From assembly GCA_030594645.1 (NCBI GenBank), contig JAUVEU010000007.1, positions 1,158-65,157 of the forward strand: a stretch of 64,000 nt of DNA, read 5' to 3'. A program made the position numbers and the translations under genes. This DNA is from Candidatus Aegiribacteria sp. GTDB taxonomy: Bacteria; Fermentibacterota; Fermentibacteria; Fermentibacterales; JCC-6. Positions 49,647-60,326 of the stretch are shown here, one piece after another (within the stretch, counting starts at the first letter, position 1; every line of letters begins with the position of its first letter). Under the pieces are notes generated by a model, which was not told the origin of the DNA, did not search any database, and saw only the letters and a program-made list of their open reading frames with translations.

Positions 49647-50549
49647 TTGTTCAAGAATTTCCTTGAAATCAGACAGGCCGCAAAAGATATATCCGATGCC
49701 AGGGTGGCCGTTCCTATGGGACATGACCCGGCCTCTATGAAAGCCCTGATTACAGCCGTGGAGGAAGGTCTGGCTTCGGTTGTTGTCTTTGGTCCGATGG
49801 CAGGGGTGAACGACACCCTTTCAGGCCTGGGGATGAACCTTCCATCAGGAATAGAAATTGTGGATACGGAAGATCAGGAGAAAGCAGCGGCAGAAGCGGT
49901 AAGGATGGTAAGTTCAGGAGAGGCTTCAATCCTGATGAAGGGCATGCTGAAAACCTCGGTATTTCAGAAAGCTATGCTCGACAAAGATACAGGCCTTCGT
50001 ACAGGTCGGGTTCTGAGTCATGTAGCTGTAGTGAGCGCACCGGTTATGGGCAGATTGATCATAATTACAGACGGAGGGATGAATATACGGCCTGAGTCTG
50101 ACGCGGTCGTACAGATAGCACTCAATGCGTCCGATGTAATAATGAAACTGGGTGCGGAGAAACCTCTTGTTGCTCTGCTTGCCGCGATAGAAACAGAGAA
50201 TCCCAAAATGCCTGAGACAATACGCTTTTCTGAAGTAGCACGCAGGGGTATTCCCGGACTGGAAGTTCTCGGACCGGTAGCAGTTGACGGGGCGCTGGAT
50301 CCTGAATCCGCGGCAGTAAAGAACATTTCAGGCCCGGTCGCGGGGAAAGCAAATATACTGATCACACCTGATATCGCATGCGGCAATATTCTGGCGAAAG
50401 GTTTGATGTATATGGCTGGAGCGGAGATAGGAGGTTTGATCATGGGAGCGGCAGCTCCGGTGGTGATGCTGTCCCGCTCTGACAAACCGATTACAAAATT
50501 GAATTCTCTCGCTCTTGGCGTGATACTTTCAGGAGGATGCAATGTCTGA
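49647..50549 (+). CDS. ptb: phosphate butyryl/acyl transferase
   Basis: LMKG, LSHVA, TDGGMNI.P, GNILAK and LSRSD motifs; upstream of buk. Likely TTG start at 49647. Confidence 0.88.
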   Translation: MFKNFLEIRQAAKDISDARVAVPMGHDPASMKALITAVEEGLASVVVFGPMAGVNDTLSGLGMNLPSGIEIVDTEDQEKAAAEAVRMVSSGEASILMKGMLKTSVFQKAMLDKDTGLRTGRVLSHVAVVSAPVMGRLIIITDGGMNIRPESDAVVQIALNASDVIMKLGAEKPLVALLAAIETENPKMPETIRFSEVARRGIPGLEVLGPVAVDGALDPESAAVKNISGPVAGKANILITPDIACGNILAKGLMYMAGAEIGGLIMGAAAPVVMLSRSDKPITKLNSLALGVILSGGCNV

Positions 50550-51624
50550 AGAAGGAAGATTGATTCTGGCTATCAATCCTGGAGGGACTTCTACAAAACT
50601 CGGTCTCTTCAGGGAAACAGAGCTGCTTTTTGAAGAAAGTATTCGCCATCTCCAGGAAGAGCTGGGAAAGTATGAAACCACGTTCGATCAACATGAGTTT
50701 CGAAAAGAAATCATCCTGAATACCCTTACAGAAGCCGGACATGATGTTTCAGACCTGACGGCTGTTGTGGGAAGAGGAGGAGCTTTCAAACCACTGAAAA
50801 GCGGAACCTACAGGGTAAACAAAAAACTTGTTGATGATATAAAGGAAGGGACAACTCTGCAGGCTGATCATCCGTCAAATCTAGGAGCTCTTCTTGCTTT
50901 CAGCATTGCGGAAACATCAGATCTCGCAGCATTTATTGTTGATCCTGTGTGCGTTGATGAAATGATAGACGAGGCAAGACTTTCCGGCCTTCCATGCCTT
51001 CCGAGAATCAGCCTGAGCCATGCTCTCAATATCCGCATGGTAGCGTATAAGGCAGCAGAAAGACTTGAGAAAAACCTTGATGAAATCAATCTTGTTGTAC
51101 TGCACCTCGGTAGCGGTATATCGGTAAATGCCCTGAGAAAAGGACGAATGATTGATACGAGTCAGGCAAATGATGGAGGACCTTTCAGCCCGCAGAGAGT
51201 AGGGGCGCTTCCAACAACAGGCCTTGCTCGATTATGTCTTTCAGGCGACTATAACTGGAAAGACATGAAAAGGATCCTTCTGAAAGAAGGAGGTCTTTAT
51301 GCATACACCGGAACCGACCATGTTGGAGAAGCGGTACAGAGAGCAGAAAGAGGAGATAAAACAGCCGACCTGGCCCTCAGAGCGATGGCCTACCAGATAA
51401 TCAAGGAAGGCGGCGCTATGGCGGCTGCTCTTCACGGAGATGTGGATGCTATAGTAATTACAGGAGGAATAGCGCATAACAGATGGATGACAGACAGGCT
51501 GATTGAAGGCCTGGGTTTCCTCGGAGAAGTGATTCTTTTCCCTGGCGAAGAAGAACTGGAAGCTCTTGCCAGAGGAGTACTGAGAGTTCTGGACTCTGTC
51601 GAGGAAGAAAAGACATACGACTAA
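50542..51624 (+). CDS. buk: butyrate (branched-chain carboxylate) kinase
   Basis: INPGGTSTK, GRGG, H.SNLG, HALN, GPFSP.R and PGEEELEAL motifs. Confidence 0.95.
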   Translation: MSEEGRLILAINPGGTSTKLGLFRETELLFEESIRHLQEELGKYETTFDQHEFRKEIILNTLTEAGHDVSDLTAVVGRGGAFKPLKSGTYRVNKKLVDDIKEGTTLQADHPSNLGALLAFSIAETSDLAAFIVDPVCVDEMIDEARLSGLPCLPRISLSHALNIRMVAYKAAERLEKNLDEINLVVLHLGSGISVNALRKGRMIDTSQANDGGPFSPQRVGALPTTGLARLCLSGDYNWKDMKRILLKEGGLYAYTGTDHVGEAVQRAERGDKTADLALRAMAYQIIKEGGAMAAALHGDVDAIVITGGIAHNRWMTDRLIEGLGFLGEVILFPGEEELEALARGVLRVLDSVEEEKTYD

Positions 51625-51641
51625 TTTCAGAAAGGCGGAAT

Positions 51642-53426
51642 ATGAGAGAAAAACTCAATACGATTGTGGATGGAACTCTCCTTCTATCAGGAAACGAAGC
51701 AATCGCAAGAGGTGCCTGGGAGTCCGGCGTGCATTTCGCGTCAGCCTATCCAGGGACTCCTTCTACTGAAATCCTTGAGACAATTGGAGATGAATACGAC
51801 GAGATTGACGCTCAATGGGCTCCTAATGAAAAAGTCAGCCTTGAGGTTATTGCAGGAGCATCATTCGCAGGAGCAAGAGTGTTATCCGCAATGAAGCATG
51901 TGGGGCTGAATGTTGCTGCCGATCCTCTTTTTACGCTCAGCTACCTGGGGGCAACAGGTGGAATAGTCATAGTATCCGCTGATGATCCGGGCATGCATTC
52001 CAGTCAGAACGAGCAGGACAACCGTCTTATGGCGAGAGCAGCGAAAGTTGTCTGCCTTGAACCTTCCGACAGCCAGGAAGCCAAGGACATGGTCGGAGAG
52101 GCTCTTTCCATATCCGAGGATTTTGACACTCCGGTTCTCATACGAGTCACTACCAGGATATGTCACTCAAAGAGTATCGTGAAGGTAGGTCCCCGCAGGG
52201 AAGTTCCAGTGAAGGGGTATGTAACTGATATAGCCAAAAGAGTACCTATTCCCTCGAACGCAAGGAAAATGCATTCAAGAGTCGTTAAAAGGCTCAAAGA
52301 ACTTTCCGTCTGGGGCTCCGAAAGTTCTCTAAACTGGATTGAGGATGGCGACCGCGCTGTCGGCATTATAACAAGCGGAATCTCATATCAGTACGTCAAA
52401 GAGGTTTGTCCGGAAGCATGCCTGCTGAAGATAGGCATGTCCAACCCCTTACCCTGGAACTTGATAGAGAAGTTTATCGGCATGGTCGACAAAGTGATCT
52501 TCGTCGAGGAAGGAGAACCATTCCTTGAAGAAAGAGTCCGTTCGAAATTCCTCATTCCCGCAATCGGCAAGGATATTATTTCAAATGAGGGAGAACTGAA
52601 TCCGGAATTAGTCAGGAAAGCTCTACATCCGGGTACGACAAAAGCGGTCACATTCTTCGAAGCAGAACTCCCCGCGAGACCTCCTGCTCTTTGCCCCGGC
52701 TGCCCCCACAGAGGCGCTTTCTACTGCCTGAGTAAGCTCAATGGCAGTTCCACTGGAGACATTGGCTGCTATACTCTTGGACTCATGGCGCCCTTCAATG
52801 CGCTTGAGACAACTATCTGCATGGGCGCTTCCATTGGAGTACTGAGCGGAATTGAAAAAGCGGTTGGCAGAGAGGGAATGGGGAAACTTGTTGCCGCAAT
52901 AGGAGAATCAACTTTTGTGCATTCCGGAATAACCGGACTCATAGACATGGTCTACAATGGGAATACCGGAACCGTAATGATAATGGACAACAGCCTTACC
53001 GCTATGACCGGCGGGCAGGAAAACCCTACAACAGGTAAAAATTTGAGGGGAGAGCCTGCGCCTGTGCTTGATCTTGTCAAGGTTGTTGAATCCTGCGGAG
53101 TGAAGCACATCAGGGTTATCGACCCGCATGATCTAACCGAGATGGAGAAAGTATTCAAAGAGGAGTTCGAGAGGGATGAACTTTCAGTGATTATCACAAG
53201 ACGTCCCTGTGTAATGTGCTACAGACCGGTAAAAAAGAGTGTGGCAATACTTGATCCGGAGAAATGTATAGGGTGTAAACTCTGCATGAAACTCGGGTGT
53301 CCCGCTATAAGCTGGAAGGATGAAAAACCTGATATCAGCAAGCTTCTCTGCTGGCCTAACTGTGATCTTTGCGTTCAGGTCTGTCCTGTTGACGCTATCT
53401 CGAAGGACATGGAGGGATTGGAATGA
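51642..53426 (+). CDS. iorA: indolepyruvate:ferredoxin oxidoreductase alpha subunit
   Basis: GNEAIARG, YPGTPSTEI, KHVGLNVAAD, SSQNEQD, CPGCPHR, TAMTG.Q and a C-terminal ferredoxin domain. Confidence 0.95.
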   Translation: MREKLNTIVDGTLLLSGNEAIARGAWESGVHFASAYPGTPSTEILETIGDEYDEIDAQWAPNEKVSLEVIAGASFAGARVLSAMKHVGLNVAADPLFTLSYLGATGGIVIVSADDPGMHSSQNEQDNRLMARAAKVVCLEPSDSQEAKDMVGEALSISEDFDTPVLIRVTTRICHSKSIVKVGPRREVPVKGYVTDIAKRVPIPSNARKMHSRVVKRLKELSVWGSESSLNWIEDGDRAVGIITSGISYQYVKEVCPEACLLKIGMSNPLPWNLIEKFIGMVDKVIFVEEGEPFLEERVRSKFLIPAIGKDIISNEGELNPELVRKALHPGTTKAVTFFEAELPARPPALCPGCPHRGAFYCLSKLNGSSTGDIGCYTLGLMAPFNALETTICMGASIGVLSGIEKAVGREGMGKLVAAIGESTFVHSGITGLIDMVYNGNTGTVMIMDNSLTAMTGGQENPTTGKNLRGEPAPVLDLVKVVESCGVKHIRVIDPHDLTEMEKVFKEEFERDELSVIITRRPCVMCYRPVKKSVAILDPEKCIGCKLCMKLGCPAISWKDEKPDISKLLCWPNCDLCVQVCPVDAISKDMEGLE

Positions 53427-54001
53427 AACCCGTAACAAATGTGATCATATGCGGCACTGGAGGTCAGGGGATTCTGCTTGCGAGCGAGATTCTCTGCGAA
53501 GCGGCCAGGATGGCCGGCAATGATGTAAAGAAGAGCGAGGTTCACGGAATGGCCCAGAGGGGCGGAAGTGTTTCCAGCCATGTCAGGTTCGGAGAGAAAG
53601 TGTACAGCCCACTGGTGGAAAAAGGGACGGCTGATCTTATCCTTTCAATGGAGAAGATGGAGGCTCTGAGATGGGCACCATTCCTTTCGCCATCTGGAAC
53701 CCTTTTATCATGTGATCTCGAGATAACTCCAATGACAGTTAACACAGGACACGCTGTGTATCCCGATGTTATATCCATGATGAAAGAGCAGGATATACCA
53801 TGCAGAATGGTACCGGCTTTTGAGATAGCCGAGGAACTAGGTAACCTCAGAGTGGTCAATGTGGTACTGATCGGAGCAGCGTCTCCATTTATTCCGATAG
53901 ATGAAGATTACTGGTACAGGGCTGTCGAGGAAAGGGTTCCGTCAAAAGCTCTCAAGGTAAACATTGAAGCTTTCAGAAAAGGAAGACAACTGTCAGTATG
54001 A
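53423..54001 (+). CDS. iorB: indolepyruvate:ferredoxin oxidoreductase beta subunit
   Basis: GTGGQG and SEVHGMAQRGGSV motifs. Confidence 0.95.
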   Translation: MKPVTNVIICGTGGQGILLASEILCEAARMAGNDVKKSEVHGMAQRGGSVSSHVRFGEKVYSPLVEKGTADLILSMEKMEALRWAPFLSPSGTLLSCDLEITPMTVNTGHAVYPDVISMMKEQDIPCRMVPAFEIAEELGNLRVVNVVLIGAASPFIPIDEDYWYRAVEERVPSKALKVNIEAFRKGRQLSV

Positions 54002-55404
54002 GGATTCTTTTTCTGGTTCATGACCCAATAACAATACCTCTGGGAATAGGTTACCTTGCATCGATTGCCATTGACCTCGGCCATGAAATAAGCGCTCTTT
54101 CATTAAACATGAAGGATCTTACGGACACTGTGCGAAAAACAGCGCCGGATATCCTGGCGTTTGGAACCACCACAGGATTCCACAGGAAATACAGCGAAGT
54201 CGTGAAAAGCCTTAAAGAAGCAACAGGAGTTCTCACGATAATGGGAGGAGCTCATCCGACGTTCTTCCCCGAGGTGCTGTCCGAGAATTCATGGCTTGAT
54301 TACGCAATGCGCGGCGAAGCCGAGACGGCGTTTCCACAATTTCTGGAAGCGCTTGATGGAAGAAGATCGATAGGAGAGGTCGGCAACCTTCTCTATCGGG
54401 AGAACGGACAGATACGTGAAAATCAGATTCTTCCATTGGTTGAAGACCTTGATACAATCCCGTTTCCCTATAGAGATCTGCTTCCTGGAGCGAACAGAAA
54501 GGCTGTGTTCTGCATAACAGGTCGGGGATGTCCATACGATTGCAGTTACTGTTTCAATCAGAGCTTCAGGCAGATGTACAGCGGTCTCGGAAAGTACTGC
54601 AGAAGAAGATCAGTCGGAAATGTTATCGATGAATTGAAAGAGTTGAAGGAAGAAAATACCGAACTTCAGATGATAATTTTTCAGGATGACATCTTCATTC
54701 TTGATCACGAATGGGTCAGAGAATTCTGCAGGAAATACAGTATTGAAATTGCTCTCCCGTTTCACTGTCATCTCAGAGCCAATCTGGTTACAGATGAAAT
54801 CATGGGACTGCTGGCGGAAGCGGGGTGCATCAGTGTGAAAATGGCGCTGGAAACCGCAAATCCACGCCTGAGGAAGGAAGTGCTTAATCGAGATCTCAGC
54901 ACAGAGGAACTGCTGAATGCCTGCCGGGCCGTTAAGGAAAGCGGCATCATGCTGGTAACACAGAATATTCTTGGTATCCCCACCGGCACACTTGAGGATG
55001 ATCTGGACACTCTCAGACTGAACTATGAAATACAGCCGGATTTCGCTTTTGCGACACTGATGCAACCCTATCCGCGTACAAAAATCAGTGAATTCAGCAA
55101 AGAACAGGGTCTTCTCAGCGATGGTGACTACATACCTGATTCATTTTTTGATGACTGTATTCTGAATCTTCCTGACAACGATAGAAGGAAGCGGCTGCGT
55201 CAGTTATTCGCGCTTTCCATAGAATTCAAACCGGTGCGGTATCTTTTGAAAACACTGATAAGACTGCCTCTTGATTGCCTGTACGGATTTCTGGACAAAC
55301 TGTGGAAGGGTTACTGTATAAAGCAGAGGGAATTCCCTTACAAGCTCTCATTCAGAGAATATGTATCCAGTATGCTGACCTATTTCAGAAGCAGGTACTA
55401 CTAG
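53998..55404 (+). CDS. B12-binding radical SAM protein
   Basis: PLGIGYLA, GGAHPTF, RGCPYDCSYCFN and PYPRT motifs; ATGA overlap with iorB. Confidence 0.88.
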   Translation: MRILFLVHDPITIPLGIGYLASIAIDLGHEISALSLNMKDLTDTVRKTAPDILAFGTTTGFHRKYSEVVKSLKEATGVLTIMGGAHPTFFPEVLSENSWLDYAMRGEAETAFPQFLEALDGRRSIGEVGNLLYRENGQIRENQILPLVEDLDTIPFPYRDLLPGANRKAVFCITGRGCPYDCSYCFNQSFRQMYSGLGKYCRRRSVGNVIDELKELKEENTELQMIIFQDDIFILDHEWVREFCRKYSIEIALPFHCHLRANLVTDEIMGLLAEAGCISVKMALETANPRLRKEVLNRDLSTEELLNACRAVKESGIMLVTQNILGIPTGTLEDDLDTLRLNYEIQPDFAFATLMQPYPRTKISEFSKEQGLLSDGDYIPDSFFDDCILNLPDNDRRKRLRQLFALSIEFKPVRYLLKTLIRLPLDCLYGFLDKLWKGYCIKQREFPYKLSFREYVSSMLTYFRSRYY

Positions 55405-55420
55405 CCCGGATCCACCCGGA

Positions 55421-55978
55421 TTACAATCCAATGTCTTCAGCGATGCCCTTCATCGCGTCAAGCGCAAGAGTAACAAAAACATCAAGATCGTATCCCGCCT
55501 TTGAACATTCTCTTATCGTATCTCTTGGAACAGATCTGGCAAAGGCTGACATGTTCATCCTTTTAAGAACGGATTTCGGTTTGACTGAAGCAAGTTTCCT
55601 GTCCGGGTATACAAGGGCAACAGCGACTATAAGCCCGGTGATAGACTCCCCGGCAGCAAGGAGATAGTCGAAATCAGAACCTCTTTCTATACCGGTATGC
55701 AAAGCGTTGTGAGACTGAATAGCGTGGATCGATTCGAAAGGGAGATGATCAGCCAGTATGTCCGCCGCGATCATGCCGTGTTTGGACGGATCGTCTGAAG
55801 TGAGTTCGTAATCAATATCATGAAGCAGACCCGTTATTCCCCAGAGATCAATATCCTCGCCTCTGTCCTCCGCGAGTGCGCGAAGGACGGCCTCAGAAGC
55901 AAGGCAGTGACGAATGAGATTGATGTTTCCCAGATTGTTCTCAAGCAGTTTCAACGCTTCAGTTCTGTTAATAAGCAT
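55421..55978 (-). CDS. HDIG-domain metal-dependent phosphohydrolase
   Basis: H.LA.E, GLLHDIDYE, HG, AI.SH and FAR.V.R motifs; start approximate. Confidence 0.85.
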   Translation of the reverse strand: MLINRTEALKLLENNLGNINLIRHCLASEAVLRALAEDRGEDIDLWGITGLLHDIDYELTSDDPSKHGMIAADILADHLPFESIHAIQSHNALHTGIERGSDFDYLLAAGESITGLIVAVALVYPDRKLASVKPKSVLKRMNMSAFARSVPRDTIRECSKAGYDLDVFVTLALDAMKGIAEDIGL

Positions 55979-57515
55979 ACTCACTTCTCCATTTTCCTCC
56001 GGGCGTGAGTAATTCGCTCTGACTGCCGTTTTCAATTGTACGGAACGCCCTGCCCATATTTGAAATCACATCGGATGGAATCAGCGATCGCTCTGAAAAA
56101 TGCTCAATAGCAATATCAGCCGAGAGACCGTGTACATACGCGGAAAGAACAGCTGCTTCAAAGGGTTTCAATCCCTGCGCCATGAGAGAGCATGCTATGC
56201 CTGTAAGAACATCCCCGCTCCCTCCTGTCGCCAGGCCGCTGTTCCCTGTTGGAATCAGACAGCATCCTCCGTCAGGGTTAAAAACCATGGAAGGTTTCCC
56301 TTTGAGGAGTACAACGGCTCCCGAAGAAGCTGAAAGTTTTGCGGCAGCTTTTGACATGCTCCTGATATTCGACACGTTGCATTTCGTCAATCTTGAAAGT
56401 TCTCCGGGGTGTGGCGTTATCAACAGAGATCCCTTGTATTCACTCAACTGGCTCACAGGATCCTGCAGAACATTGAGAGCGTCAGCATCAAGCACAAGAG
56501 GAACTTTCCAGTTCTGAAGGATATAGGAAACAATTTTCATGGTTGCAGAATTGTTTCCCATCCCCGGGCCTATGGCGATGGCGTCGAACTCATCAGGCTT
56601 CGGCAGGCCAGTGTAATCTCCCGGAAGGAAGTAGGAACCGAGAACCTCGGGAATTCTTCCGGAAATGAAGGGATGTGCTGGAAGAGGAACAGATAGAAAA
56701 ACAAGCCCTGCGCCGGATCTGAGAGCTCCCAGAGACATAAGCTGAGGAGCCCCCGGCATGTTCTCGGAGCCCCCGATAAGGAGAAGTCGGCCAAAAGTTC
56801 CCTTATGCGCATTAACAGGTCGATCAGGCAGAAGAGCAAAAGCATCACTCAATCCGAGAACCATCTGCTTTTTATTGCGGTTAATGCTTATTCCGATATC
56901 AGGCACCAGAATATTTCCTGTATAGCCACACCCCGGCGGGAGAAGCAATCCCGCTTTTGGTGCTGCGAAAGTCACAGTAGCATCTGCTCGCGGAGTATGA
57001 GGATCAACGCAGCCGGTTTTGCCGTTAACACCTGTAGGAGTATCAACAGCGAGTACTTTGCAATGGCTATGTCTTATAATGTCAGCACACTCTGCAAAAA
57101 CTCCTTTCAGTTCTCCATCGAAACCTGTACCAAGAAGGGAATCAACCACCAGGGCGGGAGAATCAGGCAGGTCTTTCAGTTTCTGCGGAGCAAGAACTTT
57201 TCCTTCGACCTGAACGAATCGGCCAAGATTGGATTGACAGTTATGAGAAAGGCTCTTCCCCGATGTAGTCGCAAGAACAGCGCAGACATCATAGCCCCTT
57301 TTCTTCAGCTGCCTGGCGAGAACAAGACCATCTCCGCCATTGTTTCCGGGACCGCACCAGACCTGGACAGGACCCTGGTCAGGTTGTGTCATTGCTATCG
57401 CGACGAGAGCGGCAGACGTGCCTGCCCTCTCCATAAGAACATCGCCAGGAGTACCTGCCTTAATAGCCCTGGCATCGAATTTCGCCATTTCTTCAGGTGT
57501 GACCCAGTATCTCAT
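55968..57515 (-). CDS. nnr: bifunctional NAD(P)HX epimerase/dehydratase
   Basis: LMERAG, GNNGGDG, HKGTFG, DADAL, TPHPGE and GGSGDVL motifs. Confidence 0.94.
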   Translation of the reverse strand: MRYWVTPEEMAKFDARAIKAGTPGDVLMERAGTSAALVAIAMTQPDQGPVQVWCGPGNNGGDGLVLARQLKKRGYDVCAVLATTSGKSLSHNCQSNLGRFVQVEGKVLAPQKLKDLPDSPALVVDSLLGTGFDGELKGVFAECADIIRHSHCKVLAVDTPTGVNGKTGCVDPHTPRADATVTFAAPKAGLLLPPGCGYTGNILVPDIGISINRNKKQMVLGLSDAFALLPDRPVNAHKGTFGRLLLIGGSENMPGAPQLMSLGALRSGAGLVFLSVPLPAHPFISGRIPEVLGSYFLPGDYTGLPKPDEFDAIAIGPGMGNNSATMKIVSYILQNWKVPLVLDADALNVLQDPVSQLSEYKGSLLITPHPGELSRLTKCNVSNIRSMSKAAAKLSASSGAVVLLKGKPSMVFNPDGGCCLIPTGNSGLATGGSGDVLTGIACSLMAQGLKPFEAAVLSAYVHGLSADIAIEHFSERSLIPSDVISNMGRAFRTIENGSQSELLTPGGKWRSEYAY

Positions 57516-57888
57516 TTCGATTCTCCACCCCCCCAAGCACAACTATTGCTATTGCAGTCCCAGTTGTCTTTGAAACACTGACATGCACTCTCCGTCCCTT
57601 AAGCAATTCGTATGATACTCCTGATACTTCCGGCCTTAAAGTGTCTTCAGTTTCAGGAGGCAGAGAGAAATCATGCCATCGAACCCCTCCGGAAATGCCG
57701 GTGCCCAGCGCCTTGAAAAAAGCTTCCTTTGCTGCGAAACGTGTTGCGAGAAAGCTAAAATCGATGTGGAGAAGAAGTTCTTCCGATGTAAATATACGCC
57801 TGAGAAAATTTTCTCCGCTTCGCTGAACAGCTTTTTCTATTCTGCTGATACTTACAATATCAACACCCTGCGATGTATCAGCCCGCAA
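57493..57888 (-). CDS. acpS: holo-[acyl-carrier-protein] synthase
   Basis: GVDIV and RFAAKEAFFKALGTG motifs. Confidence 0.92.
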   Translation of the reverse strand: MRADTSQGVDIVSISRIEKAVQRSGENFLRRIFTSEELLLHIDFSFLATRFAAKEAFFKALGTGISGGVRWHDFSLPPETEDTLRPEVSGVSYELLKGRRVHVSVSKTTGTAIAIVVLGGVENRNEILGHT

Positions 57889-57960
57889 AACTCACCAGCA
57901 TACGTTATCTCCTTGAACAATAGAATTGAACATGTATGATTATAACGTTATGGATTCAGA

Positions 57961-58974
57961 TCAGGTACAGCACAGCGGTTTGAGGGTTGTACCTGACCAT
58001 CTTGAGAATGCGTTGCATGACAGAGAGGAGGAAGAGGAAGGATTTTCGCGAATGACAGCGTAAGCAGCCCTTCCAACCATAACGGCATTGTCCGTGGCGT
58101 GTTTTTTATCAGGCAGGAAGAGAGCAATTCCCCGTTTCGCGCACTCCTCTCTCAATCGGGATCTAAGCAGATTGTTAGCAGTAACACCGCCAGCTGCAAG
58201 GACACTCACTGCACCTGAACGATCCGTCTGAAAAAGCAGTTTTGAAACCAGGATATCAACAACGACTTTCTGAAAGGAAGCCGCAAGATCCGCAAGGTCA
58301 GCGCCGCTTTCCCATTGAAGTTTCACAGCTGTTTTCAGGCCGCTGAAACTGAACTCCGGAAGAGTTGGGTCTGACAGAGGAGAAGGCAGCAATACATTCC
58401 CTGGATTTCCATCGATTGCAGCCTTTTCCAGAGCTTCTCCGCCAGGATATCCAAGACCCGCAAGTTTAGCCGTCTTGTCAAAAGCTTCTCCTGCTGCATC
58501 ATCTCTTGTTGAACCCAGCAGAACTGCGCGGTTCCAGGATTCCATGATGAAAAGACAGGTGTGTCCGCCGGAAACCAGCAGGGCAACCGCTGGAAAAGCT
58601 ATGGAATCCGGCCCTGTGTAATGAGCATGAAGGTGGGCTGAAAGATGATTGATTCCGAGAAATTGCTTTCCGGATGCGAAGGCAGCTGCTTTAGTCCAGG
58701 ATAGTCCTACAAGAAGGGAGCCTACAAGCCCCGGACCCGCTGTTGCCGCGAATACATCAATTTCACGGAGAGAGCTTGTCCCGGATTCTGAAAGCACTTC
58801 CTTCACAAGACCGGGAAGGATCTCAATGTGCTGCCTGGAGGCGAGTTCAGGGACAACCCCGCCATGATTCGAATGAATGCTCTGACTGTGGATCCTCTCC
58901 GCGACTACACTGCTGTCTTCGAGCAATGCAACCGCGGAGTCGTCACACGATGTTTCTACTGCAAGGATTCGCAA
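57961..58974 (-). CDS. tsaD: tRNA N6-adenosine threonylcarbamoyltransferase
   Basis: ETSCDD, GGVVPELASR.H, HL.AH, VSGGHT, DDAAGEAFDK and TDNA.M motifs. Confidence 0.96.
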   Translation of the reverse strand: MRILAVETSCDDSAVALLEDSSVVAERIHSQSIHSNHGGVVPELASRQHIEILPGLVKEVLSESGTSSLREIDVFAATAGPGLVGSLLVGLSWTKAAAFASGKQFLGINHLSAHLHAHYTGPDSIAFPAVALLVSGGHTCLFIMESWNRAVLLGSTRDDAAGEAFDKTAKLAGLGYPGGEALEKAAIDGNPGNVLLPSPLSDPTLPEFSFSGLKTAVKLQWESGADLADLAASFQKVVVDILVSKLLFQTDRSGAVSVLAAGGVTANNLLRSRLREECAKRGIALFLPDKKHATDNAVMVGRAAYAVIRENPSSSSSLSCNAFSRWSGTTLKPLCCT

Positions 58975-58979
58975 GAAGA

Positions 58980-59429
58980 CTAATCCGCTTCTGGTAGAAT
59001 CTTTACGATGATTTCGGAGCGAATATCTCCATATATTTTCACAGAAATTGGGAAGTCACCCGTTTTCTTTATATGATCGCTCAGAAGAACGTGTTCAGCG
59101 TCTATAACAAATCCTGCCTCTTTCAGAACTGCAGAAATCTGTTTCTCGGTTATGCTTCCATAAAGATGTCCGTTGTCATCGGCAGAAGCAGCGATTTCAA
59201 CAGTGAATCCCCTGAGCTTCTCAGCGAGCTGCTCCGATTGATTTAAGGTCTCTGCCTGTTCCTCCAGGGCTTTAGCACGATAGATCAGGGCGGATTTCAC
59301 GGCTGAAGGAGTTGCCTTAATCGCAAGATTTCTTGGAAACAGAAAATTTCTCGCATAACCATTAGCGACATTTACAACTTCACCTCCAATGCCCAGATCT
59401 TCAACACTCTTCATTAGAAGTACTTTCAT
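58980..59429 (-). CDS. rplI: 50S ribosomal protein L9
   Basis: MKVLL...LG..G.VV.V..GYARNFL.P and LYGSIT motifs. Confidence 0.96.
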   Translation of the reverse strand: MKVLLMKSVEDLGIGGEVVNVANGYARNFLFPRNLAIKATPSAVKSALIYRAKALEEQAETLNQSEQLAEKLRGFTVEIAASADDNGHLYGSITEKQISAVLKEAGFVIDAEHVLLSDHIKKTGDFPISVKIYGDIRSEIIVKILPEAD

Positions 59430-60304
59430 TCCTGTGTTTTCCTTTCCAAATATTTTTTCAGTCGCAGTCTGAAATCAAACCATGTGTCCATTATGCCTGC
59501 CAGAACAAGAATGCAAATCGCCGCAGGGGGAAAAATGATCGCAATCAGGACTGCAGCCATAAGCAGCATAGGGAAACTGCGCAGAGCAATCCTGAAGATT
59601 CCGAAACCAACCAGAGAATATGGCAGGATCATGAAAATAGAGATATTCACAGCTGCCTGTTGAACGTATGGTGGAAACCCTCCGCCGGTAAGATTGACTG
59701 AAAGAGCAGCTATCAGGATCCATGCGGGTAACAGGCCAAGACGGAGTTCCATTCCCTGAGTGATAATTCTAAATGATTCTTTCCTCCGCTGATTTACTGT
59801 TCGAACCGCAAACGCTGCTGTGACAGTGCCGGCAACCGCCCATATAGCCAGCAGAGAAGGGAGGATATAAAGAAAAATGCTCAGAATCGTGGTTGTCTCA
59901 GAAGAACTTAAGCCAGCCGATCTGTAGATTCGTGACAGCGCTTCCATATTCTCCTGAGATATGAGCGATTGATCGGGCATTAATATCGTCCCGAATATTG
60001 ATGTTATGGCTGCCGCCCCCGAAGCAAATATGGTTGACAGTTCAAGGCTTCTTCCCGATCTTATTCCGGCGGAAAGCAAACCTGAACCGGTTGCAGTAAT
60101 CAGTGCCCCTGTAAAATCCGATATCAGATATACACCGACAAGAGTTACAACCGCCAGCGGTAACGCTCTTCTGAAATTTGAAAGCGAGAGCATCATAGTC
60201 ATAACAGCCATTCCCACGAAAGGGATGCCCATCAGAATCAAAATAATACCCAGAGCTATAATCCCGAAGAATCCTGTTCCTGTTCTCTTTAAAGTCTGTT
60301 CCAT
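59426..60304 (-). CDS. DUF2232/YybS family membrane protein
   Basis: Multi-TM, C-terminal G..D.WFDFR; position between rpsR and rplI. Confidence 0.8.
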   Translation of the reverse strand: MEQTLKRTGTGFFGIIALGIILILMGIPFVGMAVMTMMLSLSNFRRALPLAVVTLVGVYLISDFTGALITATGSGLLSAGIRSGRSLELSTIFASGAAAITSIFGTILMPDQSLISQENMEALSRIYRSAGLSSSETTTILSIFLYILPSLLAIWAVAGTVTAAFAVRTVNQRRKESFRIITQGMELRLGLLPAWILIAALSVNLTGGGFPPYVQQAAVNISIFMILPYSLVGFGIFRIALRSFPMLLMAAVLIAIIFPPAAICILVLAGIMDTWFDFRLRLKKYLERKTQE

Positions 60305-60326
60305 TTTTCTGAGCCTGCAGACAACC

